Assembly (NCBI GenBank): GCA_963693365.1
Contig: CAVNZM010000003.1
Coordinates: forward strand, 14,230,914-14,294,913
Origin: Amoebidium appalachense
Lineage: Eukaryota; Protista; Ichthyosporea
Length of the DNA: 64,000 bases
Direction: 5' to 3'
The notes below the pieces were generated by a model that was not told the origin of the DNA, ran no database searches, and was given only the letters and a program-made list of their open reading frames with translations. The position numbers were made by a program, and so were the translations under genes. Positions 36,608-50,110 of the stretch are shown in pieces; position 1 is the first letter of the stretch, and every line of letters begins with the position of its first letter.

Positions 36608-38082
36608 GTATCATGCTGTCGTGGCGAAAAACGCGATAATATTGCTTCTGACTCAAGAGGCCGAGTCCGATCTTCGTGTACCCTCTGAAGAGGCCAAGCA
36701 GCTGGTCAACCGAATCGTGAAATTCGCAATGTCGGACGACGGGGTTTTCTTCGACTTCGGGGGTCCCAACACGGATGGAACATGGGGCAACATGACAAGT
36801 GAACGGAAGTTCAACGAAGCAATCCGTGTCAGCATCCTCGAGTACTGGAAACCTGGCAGTTTTAAGGGCCAGAAACGCGTCCGCGATCTAGACGACGATC
36901 CTTACTCGAGCTCTAAGCGGTCACGGGAGGACAAAGAAGCTGAGCTGTCAGGGGGGCCCAAGCCAATGGTCTTCGGATACTCTGCCATCGGGACCAGTAC
37001 CGCTGCTGACGCACTAGTCGCTGGCGGTTTGTTGGATGCTATGTCGCGCAAGAAGAAGAAGCCCAATCCGACATCTCTCCCGACTTCAGAATCGGGTGTG
37101 CAACCTGCCCAGCACCCAGCACCGGCATCACCCCCGACCAACCCGGCACCGATCCCGGCAGCGTCACCAGTACCGACACCTGCACCTGCACCAGCCGAGA
37201 CACCTGCCCAGAACTCGCCACTTTCGACCCAACAGCCAATTGCAGTAGCCGAAAATGGAGTCGACCAGAATCAGACTATTGAGCCCGACGATAATGATTT
37301 GCTCGAGCTCGTAGAGGAGGCCGAAACAAACTCCATCTAAGATTAAGCAGGATTGTTCTTTGTTGTTTTTGCGATTGCTCGTGTTTTCTTATGATTTAGT
37401 TTTTGGAATTTGCTGTGCTCTAATCTGTTAATGAAAACACAATTTTAGTCTATCATTACTAAACTGAGTGCCATACAAGATTCCATGTGGTCCACCGTCT
37501 TTTGAACTAGATGCCGATGAGTCTTTTTTTATCTAGATAAGTCCTTCAACTCTATCTCATTCGTCTACTCTGTATTTGAAAGTCAAATTATGATTACTAC
37601 TGGACGGCAGTATAATTGTATTATTGTGTACATGGACGGCTTACACAGTAAATTTCTTGACCGAGAATGATGAGTTATCCAACACTTTTTGTTCCTGACA
37701 AATAAAATCATAAGCAAACTTTGCAATGGTTTACACGACATACATTACCCCCCCCCCCCCCCCCATTTTTCCTCGTCTTTTCCCGCATCCCGGTCCCTTC
37801 CAGTCTTTTTAGTGTCAAATCATACACAGTGCCAAGAGCCGCTTTTCAGCAGGGCAACAAATCTGTATAAGTTTTGGTTATCATTGATCGGTGAGGCCAA
37901 CGTGATTTTGCTGATTCTTGAAGTGAAATAAGAAATTTTCAGTTCCTTAGAGTCCCGAAATCTAGTACACCACTCTAGCATATATAGTATTGCATACTTT
38001 TGCCCCGTACCAAAAAATAATGGGCAAAATCGAGGTTTTTGGTCAAAATCGAAGATACCCCAGAAATCGGAAGCAACCTCCT

Positions 38083-38564
38083 TAATGGTTTATACTGGGG
38101 ACCACCCAGGTAAACACAAGGCATGAACATCTTGTGGACTGATTTATAGACTGGTGGTCAACCAGTTAAGACACGGGGAAGGTGCATCCCGTGGACTAGG
38201 TTTAGACTGGCAGTTAACCAGCATGCCATGGCTATAGATAATTATTTATACTGGGACGCCATCCCAGTTCGACATATATATAAAGTCGAATATAGAAGAA
38301 AACCAATATATATGGTGGGATATGAATATAAATAAACGACGGATGGTGGAGAATAATCCCCACTGAAGATGCACACACATGACGATGTAAGACTGAGTCC
38401 CCACTGATGAAGAGAAACGATGAGGAGTAGTAGACATTCGTTGGGAGGCATCTTGAGCACCGTAGGTGTGTCAACTGCTGTCCAGGGCCCCAACCTACTC
38501 AGAAACCACTCGATGATGAACACCAGTGCACGGGGCAGTCACGGAGACTGTGGTTGGCACGGTG
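38083..38564 (-). mobile_element. Fragment of the same copia family (end of RNase H plus part of the 3' UTR)
   Basis: Matches ~27081-27562 with scattered substitutions; directly abuts the LTR at 38565. Confidence 0.9.
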
Positions 38565-38656
38565 TGTTGGAATACGTCACCATGTATGACAGCAAGAGCC
38601 TTGAAGTATGTATGTGTCCTAGCTTGTTTGTATTCGTGTCAGCTTTCCTTCTTTGT

Positions 38657-38726
<70 letters not shown>

Positions 38727-41700
38727 CCCCCCCCCCCCCCCCCCCCCGTATCTCTCTCTCCCTTGTTTCTGTGGGCACAGATATCTGTAGATCTGTGCAC
38801 ACCTGGCTCTCTTGCCTGATAAGAACTTATTGTATTTTATTTCTGTTTGCTCTCCTCTGTTTATCTGAGAGGTAGCGTGATTGGCTAGCCTCACTCGTTG
38901 TCTTTCCTTTATTTCAAAATGGCTTAGTTTTGTTCTCAATAGGATGGCTCGCCAATAGTCGCGAGCGAGTACATCTGTAGATCGTGTTGTGCATTCCTGT
39001 CTGTTAATATATGTGTGTTGTGATTGGACAATAGATATATATGGAATTCGGTTTATTGCAAAGTGTCTTCACTTTGAGAGTGTCGACTATTAGGAAATAT
39101 ATGTATTTAAATAAGTTTCTTTATAGAGACGAACATAAATATATATGTGAGTTAATAGTGACTAGATGTATAATTACTTAATTTATTTAAGTAAGAGTTT
39201 CTACACTTTAGTTTAATCGGAAGTTGGAATGCGTATGCTCTGTCGGAATGTGTTTTTCTATCTTCTGATAGAACCGATTGGTTCTCCCTCTTTAGTTGTG
39301 ATAAGGTGATAAGTCGCAAGTACAAAAGAAACCGAGAGCACAATAAAGAATCAGTTGTTGTTTGAAATCTTTCAATGTCTCGTGAACAACTCCGATTGCC
39401 CTCTCATTAATGTGTTAGTCGTGTTTTACATGACACCTCTGTGCACTCTGCTCCCTTAGACCCGTACAAAAACAACAGGTTATGGGCCCATTTTCGCACG
39501 TTCTCGCAACACATACTCTCGCTGCAATCGAAAATATTCAAATTTGAATACCGATCTGATTCCTCTCTCACGCATCATCTGACTGATTGATCACCATGTC
39601 GGAGAAACCTGCGTATCTCAACCTCACCCCCTGGAAAGGGGATGACACCACGGACAAGAAGTCCGGCAAACGTCTCACCTATTATGAGTGGGAACCCGTC
39701 ATCTTCAGGTACCTACGTACCACCACCGCGGCCAAGTTAGTGCCCGTCATCAAGGCCCCCGAGTGGGTCGACCCTTCCGACGAGAACGAGTGGCACGGCT
39801 ATGACACTGAGGAGGCCTACACCGAGGCTTCCAACTTCCTTGAACAGATGTTTACTCAACTCGTCTCCAATGATGAGCTGTATAACTCTGGTCAAATCCA
39901 CGATGATGTGTCACCTGCCCAAGCTTTCCGCAACCTCCGTATGACCTATGCGGCTGAACGTGAAGATCGTGCTCGTCAAATCCTCCTCGACTACCATGAG
40001 CTTGAACTCAAGGACTTCAAGACCGTCACGGCCTACCTCACCATGGCACGCCGTCTGTGCACTACCCTGCACATCCTCGAAGAGCCCATTCCTCACAAGA
40101 CTATGGTTGATAACTTCTTCATCCACCTCAAGAAGAACCGTAAGTTAGTTTGTACCGACATCCAGGCCATGATTGCCGACTACTTCCGTCGTACCATCAA
40201 CTACGAGACCTACAACCGTCTAATCAGTGACATCCGAGCTGCAGAGATCCGTGAAGGTCTCATCGACTCTGGGTCCGGGTCCTCCTCCACCATCCGAACA
40301 GCACGTGCCCTGCAAAGCCGTGTCCTCACCAAGGACCACCTCAGACACCGGATCCCCCGACGTGACAGCTCCGTCTCCCGTCACCCCCGTGGTCGTCCCA
40401 CCGATCGATCCCCCTCAGTTGACCGTGATTACTCCCGGTCCCGTTCCCCCGGCTATCGTTCCCGGTCACCCTACCCCCCACGTAAAGGGGGTAACCGTCA
40501 TTCCCAGACACCCCGAGCCAAGACCACTGGCTCCCTCGACTGTGCCTACTGTCACGAAGACCATCATGTCACACAGTGTGACAAACCTGGCTGCTCAATT
40601 GCCCGTCGTCACCGTGCCAGCACCAAGTCTGGAAAAGAGGTGCATTTTGCCCTCGTGTCCTCCACGGCCTCCCTACCCATGGACCCCTGCTGGGACTCGG
40701 CTTCCAACGTGCACGTGTGCCCAGTAAAGGAGTACTTCTCTACTCTTGAGCCATGCCCCCCAACTGACGTCCACGGCCTCGGCATCGTCACTGCACATCA
40801 CCGTGGTGTCATCAACCTGGCCGTCACCTACAACGGAGTAACATCAGTACTGAGCCTCAACACCCTCTACGTACCCGACTCCCCAGCCTTCCTGATTTCA
40901 CCCTCAATGGCCTCCAAGTCGGGTCTCCTTGCCCACCTCGATGATGAGGATGCATTCCCATCATACCTCTACACTCGTGGTGGCAACATCGTGTGTTCCC
41001 TCACAGGCACAGATGGACTGTACTTCATCACTGACTATGAGATACATCCCTCCATCCCTCGGACCGTCACTGCTCTGGTAGCCAACGTCAAGGTCAACAA
41101 TGATCCTCAGCTCTGGCACCACCGTCTCGGCCATCGTGCCCTGTCCACCCTCACCAAGATGGTGAGAGGTGACCTCGTGACAGGCCTCCCCTCATCCCTC
41201 TCAGTGGCTGACACCACTGACTGCTTCGGTTGTGTCTCCGGCAAGACCACCAAGGCCCCATTCTCCGGCACCAGAACCCAGTGCCCCTTCCCCGGTGCCA
41301 AGTGGCACATGGACTTCTTCGAGCCTCCCTGTGCCTCCTATGGTGGCTACAAGGTGGCCCTCGTGTGTACCTGTGATGCCTCCGGCTACACCATCGTGTA
41401 CCTCCTCCGTGATCGATCCGAAACTCTCGAATACGTCAAGGCCCTGGTTGAGACTACTGACAAGCAACCCGACAAGGTGGTGACCCACTTCCGTTCAGAC
41501 TCTGGGTCCGAGTTCACCTCCCATGCTATGGAGCAGTACTGTCAGTCCAAGGGCATCATTCAGGAATTAGCCCCGGTTGACTGCCCCCAACTCAACGGCT
41601 TTGTTGAACGTAAGATGAGGGATCTGCAAGAGATCGTTCGGTGCTTCCTTCATCAGGACAAGGCCGACTCCCTTTCCCCCAAGCTGGGGGGAGCTGCTCT

Positions 41701-44700
41701 CAAGCATGCTGCCTACATCATCAACGTGACCCCGGCCAGAGCTGCCAATGGCCGTACACCGTTTGAAATTTTCTACGGTGTCAAGCCTGACCTCTCCCAC
41801 CTGCACGTGTTCGGCTGCCCAGCCTATGTACACGTCCCTGCATCCAAACGAGACAAGTTGGCCTCTACCGTCAAACTCGGCACCTACGTGGGCTGGGATA
41901 TCACCAACAAAGCCCACAAGATCATGAATCTACGTGGCAACACGGTCAACCTCTACCGCGATGTCGTCTTCGACGAATCACAATTCACCACGGCATCCAA
42001 TCAGATTTCTGTGCAGGCCACCAATCAGACAACCTCAATCGATCCATCCCTGCATTCCGGAAATTCCAATTCCGATGACGATGAAATTCCGTCGGTGATT
42101 ATCCGTCGTTCCCCCCGTCGTGTACCTGCCCCCGTGGCTCCACCCACCCCCCCCCCCCCCCCCCCACCGGCCAGCAACCCCTGCTGCCGGCCCCTGCCGT
42201 CAATGACCACGTACCTGGTCATCTCACCCCGGTTCGTCCTGGGTCTCCGGAGTTCCACTTGGCCCCGTCAAGCCCCGTGTTATCCGACTCCCCCCTCAAC
42301 ACGGCACCCATCCCTGGCTTCCAGGCCCCCATCCCCGACCACCGAGTGTCTGTCCCAGACACCCCCCCGGCCCCTGAGCCCCTCCGTACCCCGTCTCTCC
42401 TTCCGGCCTGCCATGGCTATGGTGAGCATCTCCCGACCCAGCATTGATGTGTCTCAGCTGCCCCGGTCAATTCAGAAGCTGTGCTCAGGCACCAAGGGTG
42501 ATGAAGTGGTGACTGCCCTCACTGCCGAGTACAAGGCTTTCATCGACAAGGACATCTTCGACGTAGTTGAGCCCCCCTCCGATGCCAACATCATCCGATT
42601 CAAGTGGATTGTCACGGAGAAGGTCCTCAACTCTGCTGGTGACACCAAGATCAAGGGTCGTGGTGTGGCCAAGGGTTTCACCCAAGTCTACGGTGTTGAC
42701 TACGGTGAAAACTCTTCCCCCGTCGTCATGTCCTCCTCCGTCCGTGCCCTGCTTGCCCTCGGTGTGCAACAGGACCACGAGATCCATCAACTCGACATCA
42801 GCACGGCCTTCCTCAACAGCCCCCTCGACGAGACTTTGTACATGGAGCAACCTCCTGGTTTTATCCTCCCTGGCAATGAACACAAAGTCTGGAAACTCAA
42901 GAAGGCCATCTACGGACTCAAGCAGGCATCCCTGGCATGGTACGAGTTCTTCAATTCAATTCTCATTGCCCACGGCCTCACCCGTCTCCGTTCCGATCCG
43001 TGTGTCTACTTCCGTCAGTTCCCCAACGGGCACATCATCCGTTCGGGCAACTACGTTGATGATGCCATCATCACCTGCACACGGCACTCCACCATCATGC
43101 AGGGGCTTGTTCGTCACATCACGAAGTCTGCCGAGTGCAAGGTCGGTCTGCCAGACATCTTCCTCGGCACCCAACTGCTGTACACCCGTGACTCCCTCAA
43201 GCTGCTGCAGTCCTCCTACATCGAGGACATCATCACCGACTTCAACCTGGTCGATGCCAAGCCTAAGGCCACCCCTATTCCCGTGGGCACCATCATCAAC
43301 GAGACCTCCCTCTCATCTCTGCCCACCACCGTCCCCTACCGTGAACTCCTCGGCCGTCTGCTGTGGGTTGCTCGGTGCTCCCGGCCTGACATCTCGTATG
43401 CCATTGGCTACCTCGGCCGATTCAGCTCCAAGCCCACCAAGACTGCCTGGTAGCTTCTCCTCCGTGTCGTTCGTTACCTGCTCGGCACCATCAACCTCGG
43501 CCTCTACTACAAGAAGAAGGCCCCCAACAGCAAGGTGCCCATCCTTGAGTGCTACTCGGATTCTGACTTTGCTGGTTGCCCCACCACCCGTCGTTCCACG
43601 TCTGGGTACGTCATCCTCCTCGAAGGCGTGGCACCCCCGTCACCTACCACTCCAAGCTGCAGACGATCACTGCAACTTCCACCTGTGAGGCCGAGCTCCT
43701 GGCCCTCAATGCTGCCGTGCAAGATGTTGTATGGCACCGTGATCTACTCAAGGAACTGGGCTACCCCATGACCGAGCCCACCCCCGTGTACTGTGACAAT
43801 CAGTCCACCATTGCTCTGGTCCCCTCCAACACCATCAAGCACCGGACCAAGCACATTGCCGTTCGTTACTTCAACACCAAGGACTACATCAACAGTGGGG
43901 ACGTCACTGTCACCTACATCGACACCAAGAAGAACCTGGCCGACATCTTCACCAAGCCTCTGGCTGGTCCGGCCCACGACACACACCGTGCCAACCTCAG
44001 TCTCCGTGACTGCCCCGTGCACTGGTGTTCATCATTGAGTGGTTTCTGAGTAGGTTGGGGCCCTGGACAGCAGTTGACACACCTACGGTGATCAAGATGC
44101 CTCCCAACGAAAGTCTACTACTCCTCATCGTTTCTCTTCATCAGTGGGGACTCAGTCTTACATCGTCATATGTGTGCATCTTCAGTGGGGATTATTCTCC
44201 ACCATCCGTCGTTTATTTATATTCATATCCCACCATATATATTGGTTTTCTTCTATATTCGACTTTATATATATGTCGAACTGGGATGGCGTCCCAGTAT
44301 AAATAATTATCTATAGCCATGGCGTGCTGGTTGACTGCCAGTCTAAACCTAGTCCACGGGATGCACCTTCCCCGTGTCTTAACTGGTTGACAACCAGTCT
44401 ATAAATCAGTCCGCAAGATGTTCATGCCTTGTGTTTACCTGGGTGGTCCCCAGTATAAAACATTAGCCACCAACACGTCACACATACACTAGTGTTTCCT
44501 CTATATATATATATCGACGAGAACCACCATGATTTATTGTTCCGAGTCTTCAGAGGCAACCGTCGTTGTGTGCCTCTTCAGTTTTGATTCTCTCCTTCCC
44601 ACCTCAAGGATCTTCGGTTTGCATCCTCGAGTGGGGAAACTTGAGTGTGACGGCCCCTCCTGTGTTTGGACCTCATCTACCGTCACATCAACAGACACGA

Positions 44701-44822
44701 GAACACAAACTTCAACCCCTTGAGTGGGGATGTTGGAATACGTCACCATGTATGACAGCAAGAGCCTTGAAGTATGTATGTGTCCTAGCTTGTTTGTATT
44801 CGTGTCTGCTTTCCTTCTTTGT

Positions 44823-44881
<59 letters not shown>

Positions 44882-46012
44882 CCCCCCCCCCCCCCCCCCG
44901 TATCTCTCTCTCCCTTGTTTCTGTGGGCACAGATATCTGTAGATCTGTGCACACCTGGCTCTCTTGCCTGATAAGAACTTATTGTATTTTATTTCTGTTT
45001 GCTCTCCTCTGTTTATCTGAGAGGTAGCGTGATTGGCTAGCCTCACTCGTTGTCTTTCCTTTATTTCAAAATGGCTTAGTTTTGTTCTCAATAGGATGGC
45101 TCGCCAATAGTCGCGAGCGAGTACATCTGTAGATCGTGTTGTGCATTCCTGTCTGTGAATATGTGTGTTGTGATTGGACAATAGATATATATGGAATTCG
45201 GTTTATTGCAAAGTGTCTTCACTTTGAGAGTGTCGACTATTAGGAAATATATGTATTTAAATAAGTTTCTTTATAGAGACGAACATAAATATATATGTGA
45301 GTTAATAGTGACTAGATGTATAATCAGTGGGGACTCTGTCTTACATCGTCATGTGTGTGCATCTTCAGTGGGGATTATTCTCCACCATCCGTCGTTTATT
45401 TATATTCATATCCCACCATATATATTGGTTTTCTTCTATATTCGACTTTATATATATGTCGAACTGGGATGGCGACCCAATATAAATAATTATCTATAGC
45501 CTTGCGAGCTGGTTGACTGCCAGTCTAAACCTAGTCCACGGGATGCACCTTCCCCGTGTCTTAACTGGTTGACACCCAGTCTATAAATCAGTCCACAAGA
45601 TGTTCATGCCTTGTGTTTACCTGGGTGGTCCCCAGTATAAAACATTAGCCACCAACACGTCAAACATACACTAGTGTTTCCTCTATATATATATATATGT
45701 ATATCGACCATAACCACCATGATTTATTGTTCCGAGTCTTCCGAGGCAACCGTCGTTGTGTGCCTCTTCAGTTTTGATTCTCTCCTTCCCACCTCAAGGA
45801 TCTTCGGTTTGCATCCTCGAGTGGGGAAACTTGAGTGTGACGGCCCCTCCTGTGTTTGGACCTCATCTACCGTCACATCAACAGACACGAGAACACAAAC
45901 TTCAACCCCTTGAGTGGGGATGTTGGAATACGTCACCATGTATGACAGCAAGAGCCTTGAAGTATGTATGTGTCCTAGCTTGTTTGTATTCGTGTCTGCT
46001 TTCCCTCTTTGT

Positions 46013-46072
<60 letters not shown>

Positions 46073-46814
46073 CCCCCCCCCCCCCCTATCTCTCTCTCCC
46101 TTGTTTCTGTGGGCACAGATATCTGTAGATCTGTGCACACCTGGCTCTCTTGCCTGATAAGAACATATTGTATTTTATTTCTGTTTGCTCTCCTCTGTTT
46201 ATCTGAGAGGTAGCGTGATTGGCTAGCCTCACTCGTTGTCTTTCCTTTATTTCAAAATGGCTTAGTTTTGTTCTCAAAAGGATGGCTCGCCAATAGTCGC
46301 GAGCGAGTACATCTGTAGATTGTGTTGTGCATTCCTGTCTGTTAATATATGTGTGTTGTGATTGGACAATAGATATATATGGAATTCGGTTTATTGCAAA
46401 GTGTCTTCACTTTGAGAGTGTCGACTATTGGGAAATATATGTATTTAAATAGGTTTCTTTATAGAGACGAACATAAATATATATGTGAGTTAATAGTGAC
46501 GAGATGTATAATTACTTAATTTATTTAAGTAAGAGTTTCTACACTTTAGTTTAATCGGAAGTTGGAATGCGTATGCTCTGTCGGAATGTGTTTTTCTATC
46601 TTCTGATAGAACCGATTGGTTCTCCCTCTTTAGTTGTGATAAGGTGATAAGTCGCAAGTACAAAAGGAACCGAGAGCACAATAAAGATTCAGTTGTTGTT
46701 TGAAATCTTTCAATGTCTCGTGAACAACTCCGATTGCCTTCTCATTAATGTGTTAGTCGTGTTTTACATGACACCTCTGTGCACTCTGCTCCCTTAGACC
46801 CGTACAAAACAACA
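38565..46814 (+). mobile_element. Second copia copy in opposite orientation, with a duplicated 3'UTR/LTR segment
   Basis: 5' LTR 38565-39477, PBS GGTTATGGGCCCA at 39478, gag-pol, 3' UTR, truncated LTR 44731-~45323, repeated 3' UTR, full LTR 45921-46814. Confidence 0.93.
39596..44012 (+). pseudogene. gag-pol: Disabled copia gag-pol
   Basis: Same domains as the first copy. Frame-shifted and deleted spacer at ~42150-42400, premature TAG at 43451-43453 (GAG in the other copy), frameshift at ~43627, and terminal TGA changed to TGC. Confidence 0.92.
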
Positions 46815-49300
46815 GGTTATGGGCCCATTTTCGCACCCTCTCGCTACACATCTAGACCTAGCAATCGTTAAATTCCTGGTACACATCATAGCTGTGGTCA
46901 GCTCCTCATGCACCTCATCTAATGGTCACTTGCGTGTTAACGTTGAGTGCCTATTCCGTAAATTGACGCCGCCCCCCCTTCCTCTTGGTGCTGAGGCCGT
47001 GTACATCTCTCCCTGGCGTCCCCTAAACCCGTCTGTGCTTTTCTGCACATTCCGTCTCTGGCACTTCCCGCCGTCACCTAGCCTCTCGGCTCCTCCCGCG
47101 ACCGGCCGTTACCGGTCCTCCGTCACTCCCCTTGACAAGATCTGACACATCTTGACAAGCGCTTCTGTCATGCCTTGACAATCGTGCCATCCTTGCAAGT
47201 TTCAGCTTGCCCTCCTTCCAGTTCCGTCCTGGTTCCTCTCCGTCACGTCAAACCTTCCTCCACCCTTGGTTCTGCCGTCGCGCTCCAAGTTCTTCTTTGA
47301 CACTTCATGACGTGTCCCCCTGTCCCGACGTGGTCTCCACCGCGCCGCCCTGCTGTCTGCCCCGGAGGCTCCCACATCGAAATCCCAATCACTCGTCCCA
47401 ATTTCAAACCCCGGCTCCATTCCGATCAACGATCATTTGACACCCCGTCTCGATCCGACTTGACTATCCTCCCTCAAGTCCATCTGAAGTACCCAAATTC
47501 GGTACTTCTTTCCAGTCTCCCGTGTTCAACACAGTCCAAGCACTTTGTGCTTTCCTACTCCATAGGAGTCCCGGCCCCGAGTCCCTGCCAGAACCGTTTA
47601 CCATGTCGTCCAACGTGCTCCCTTCCAGGATTTCCAACCCTGTTCTCACCACCGTGCCGTCACTGTCGCCGGACCCCTCACATTCCATTGATCTGCCCCG
47701 CATTCCGGCAGCAGTTTCCTCCGATCACGTGGCCAGCCTCGTCGAGCTCTCAGCTCCCCCAAACCCTGCACGGGCCCCAGTTACCCCTGCAGCTGTTTCC
47801 CCCCCGTTACCCCCCGACCCTGGCAAGCAACACGTGCTGCCAGGTCCGGCCGTTCCCATCCAAGTTACTAGCCAGCCTACCGTGCTGCCTGCCCCCGTTT
47901 CCGAAGCCCCTGTCTTCGACGAATCACAATTCACAACGGCATCCAATCAGATTTCTGTGCCGGCCACCAATCAGCCGACCTCAATCGATCCATCACTGCC
48001 GTCCCTGGATCCTCACTCCGATGACGATGAGATTCAGTCAGTGATTCTCCGTCGTTCCCCCCGTCGTGTGCCTGCCCCCGTGGGTCCACCCATCCACCCC
48101 CCCTCCGGCCAGCAACCCCTGCTGCCGGCCCCTGCCGTCAATGACCACGTACCTGGTCATCTAACCCCGGTTCGTCCTGGGTCTCCGGAGTTCCACTCGG
48201 CCCCGTCCAGCCCCGTGTCATCCGACTCCCCCCTCAACACGGCACCCATCCCCGGCTTCCAGGCTCCCATTACAGACCCCCAAGTGTCTGCCCCAGCCAC
48301 CCCCCCCCGGCCCCTGAGCCCCTTCGTCCCGTCCCCCGTCGCTACTTCAACACCAAGGACTACATCAACAGTGGGGACGTCACTGTCACTACATCGACAC
48401 CAAGAAGAACCTGGCCGACATCTTCACCAAGCCTCTGGCTGGTCCGGCCCACGACACACACCGTGCCAACCTCAGTCTCCGTGACTGACCCGTGCACTGG
48501 TGTTCATCATCGAGTGGTTTCTGAGTAGGTTGGGGCCCTGGACAGCAGTTGACACACCTACGGTGCTCAAGATGCCTCCCAACGAAAGTCTACTACTCCT
48601 CATCGTTTCTCTTCATCAGTGGGGACTCTGTCTTACATCGTCATGTGTGTGCATCTTCAGTGGGGATTATTCTCCACCATCCGTCGTTTATTTATATTCA
48701 TATCCCACCATATATATTGGTTTTCTTCTATATTCGACTTTATATATATGTCGAACTGGGATGGCGACCCAGTATAAATAATTATCTATAGCCTTGCGAG
48801 CTGGTTGACTGCCAGTCTAAACCTAGTCCACGGGATGCACCTTCCCCGTGTCTTAACTGGTTGACACCCAGTCTATAAATCAGTCCACAAGATGTTCATG
48901 CCTTGTGTTTACCTGGGTGGTCCCCAGTATAAAACATTAGCCACCAACACGTCAAACATACACTAGTGTTTCCTCTATATATATATATATATCGACCATA
49001 ACCACCATGATTTATTGTTCCGAGTCTTCCGAGGCAACCGTCGTTGTGTGCCTCTTCAGTTTTGATTCTCTCCTTCCCACCTCAAGGATCTTCGGTTTGC
49101 ATCCTCGAGTGGGGAAACTTGAGTGTGACGGCCCCTCCTGTGTTTGGACCTCATCTACCGTCACATCAACAGACACGAGAACACAAACTTCAACCCCTTG
49201 AGTGGGGATGTTGGAATACGTCACCATGTATGACAGCAAGAGCCTTGAAGTATGTATGTGTCCTAGCTTGTTTGTATTCGTGTCTGCTTTCCCTCTTTGT

Positions 49301-49363
<63 letters not shown>

Positions 49364-50110
49364 CCCCCCCCCCCCCCCCCCCCGTATCTCTCTCTCCCTT
49401 GTTTCTGTGGGCACAGATATCTGTAGATCTGTGCACACCTGGCTCTCTTGCCTGATAAGAACTTATTGTATTTTATTTCTGTTTGCTCTCCTCTGTTTAT
49501 CTGAGAGGTAGCGTGATTGGCTAGCCTCACTCGTTGTCTTTCCTTTATTTCAAAATGGCTTAGTTTTGTTCTCAAAAGGATGGCTCGCCAATAGTCGCGA
49601 GCGAGTACATCTGTAGATTGTGTTGTGCATTCCTGTCTGTTAATATATGTGTGTTGTGATTGGACAATAGATATATATGGAATTCGGTTTATTGCAAAGT
49701 GTCTTAACTTTGAGAGTGTCGACTATTGGGAAATATATGTATTTAAATAGGTTTCTTTATAGAGACGAACATAAATATATATGTGAGTTAATAGTGACTA
49801 GATGTATAATTACTTAATTTATTTAAGTAAGAGTTTCTACAATTTAGTTTAATCGGAAGTTGGAATGCGTATGCTCTGTCGGAATGTGTTTTTCTATCTT
49901 CTGATAGAACCGATTGGTTCTCCCTCTTTAGTTGTGATAAGATGATAAGTCGCAAGTACAAAAGGAACCGAGAGCACAATAAAGATTCAGTTGTTGTTTG
50001 AAATCTTTAAATGTCTCGTGAACAACTCCGATTGCCCTCTCATTAATGTGTTAGTCGTGTTTTACATGACAACTCTGTGCACTCTGCTCCCTTAGACCCG
50101 TACAAAACAA

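Larger units (their letters stand above)
20872..37340 (+). pseudogene. Spliced beta-class DNA amino-methyltransferase-like gene (N6_N4_Mtase fold, ~500 aa reconstructed), disrupted by a TRIM and a copia insertion
   Basis: Reconstructed exons: 20872-20940 (tentative), 22428-22546, 23193-23334+24420-24656, 25684-25891+36613-37340; 1503 nt in frame after removing both insertions and one TSD copy each. Motif order is beta-type: a motif IV-like YVRIDAPS...GWGD, then CPQQ|KP (HPTQKP-like), LIRRYCPPNGHVLSLCCGTG (motif X/I) and EAAAMERHSVIGFDTD (motif II). Confidence 0.75.

Noticed and set aside
36174-36612. N-terminus of the 388-aa ORF
   Set aside because: Antisense LTR sequence fortuitously in frame with the MTase C-terminal exon.
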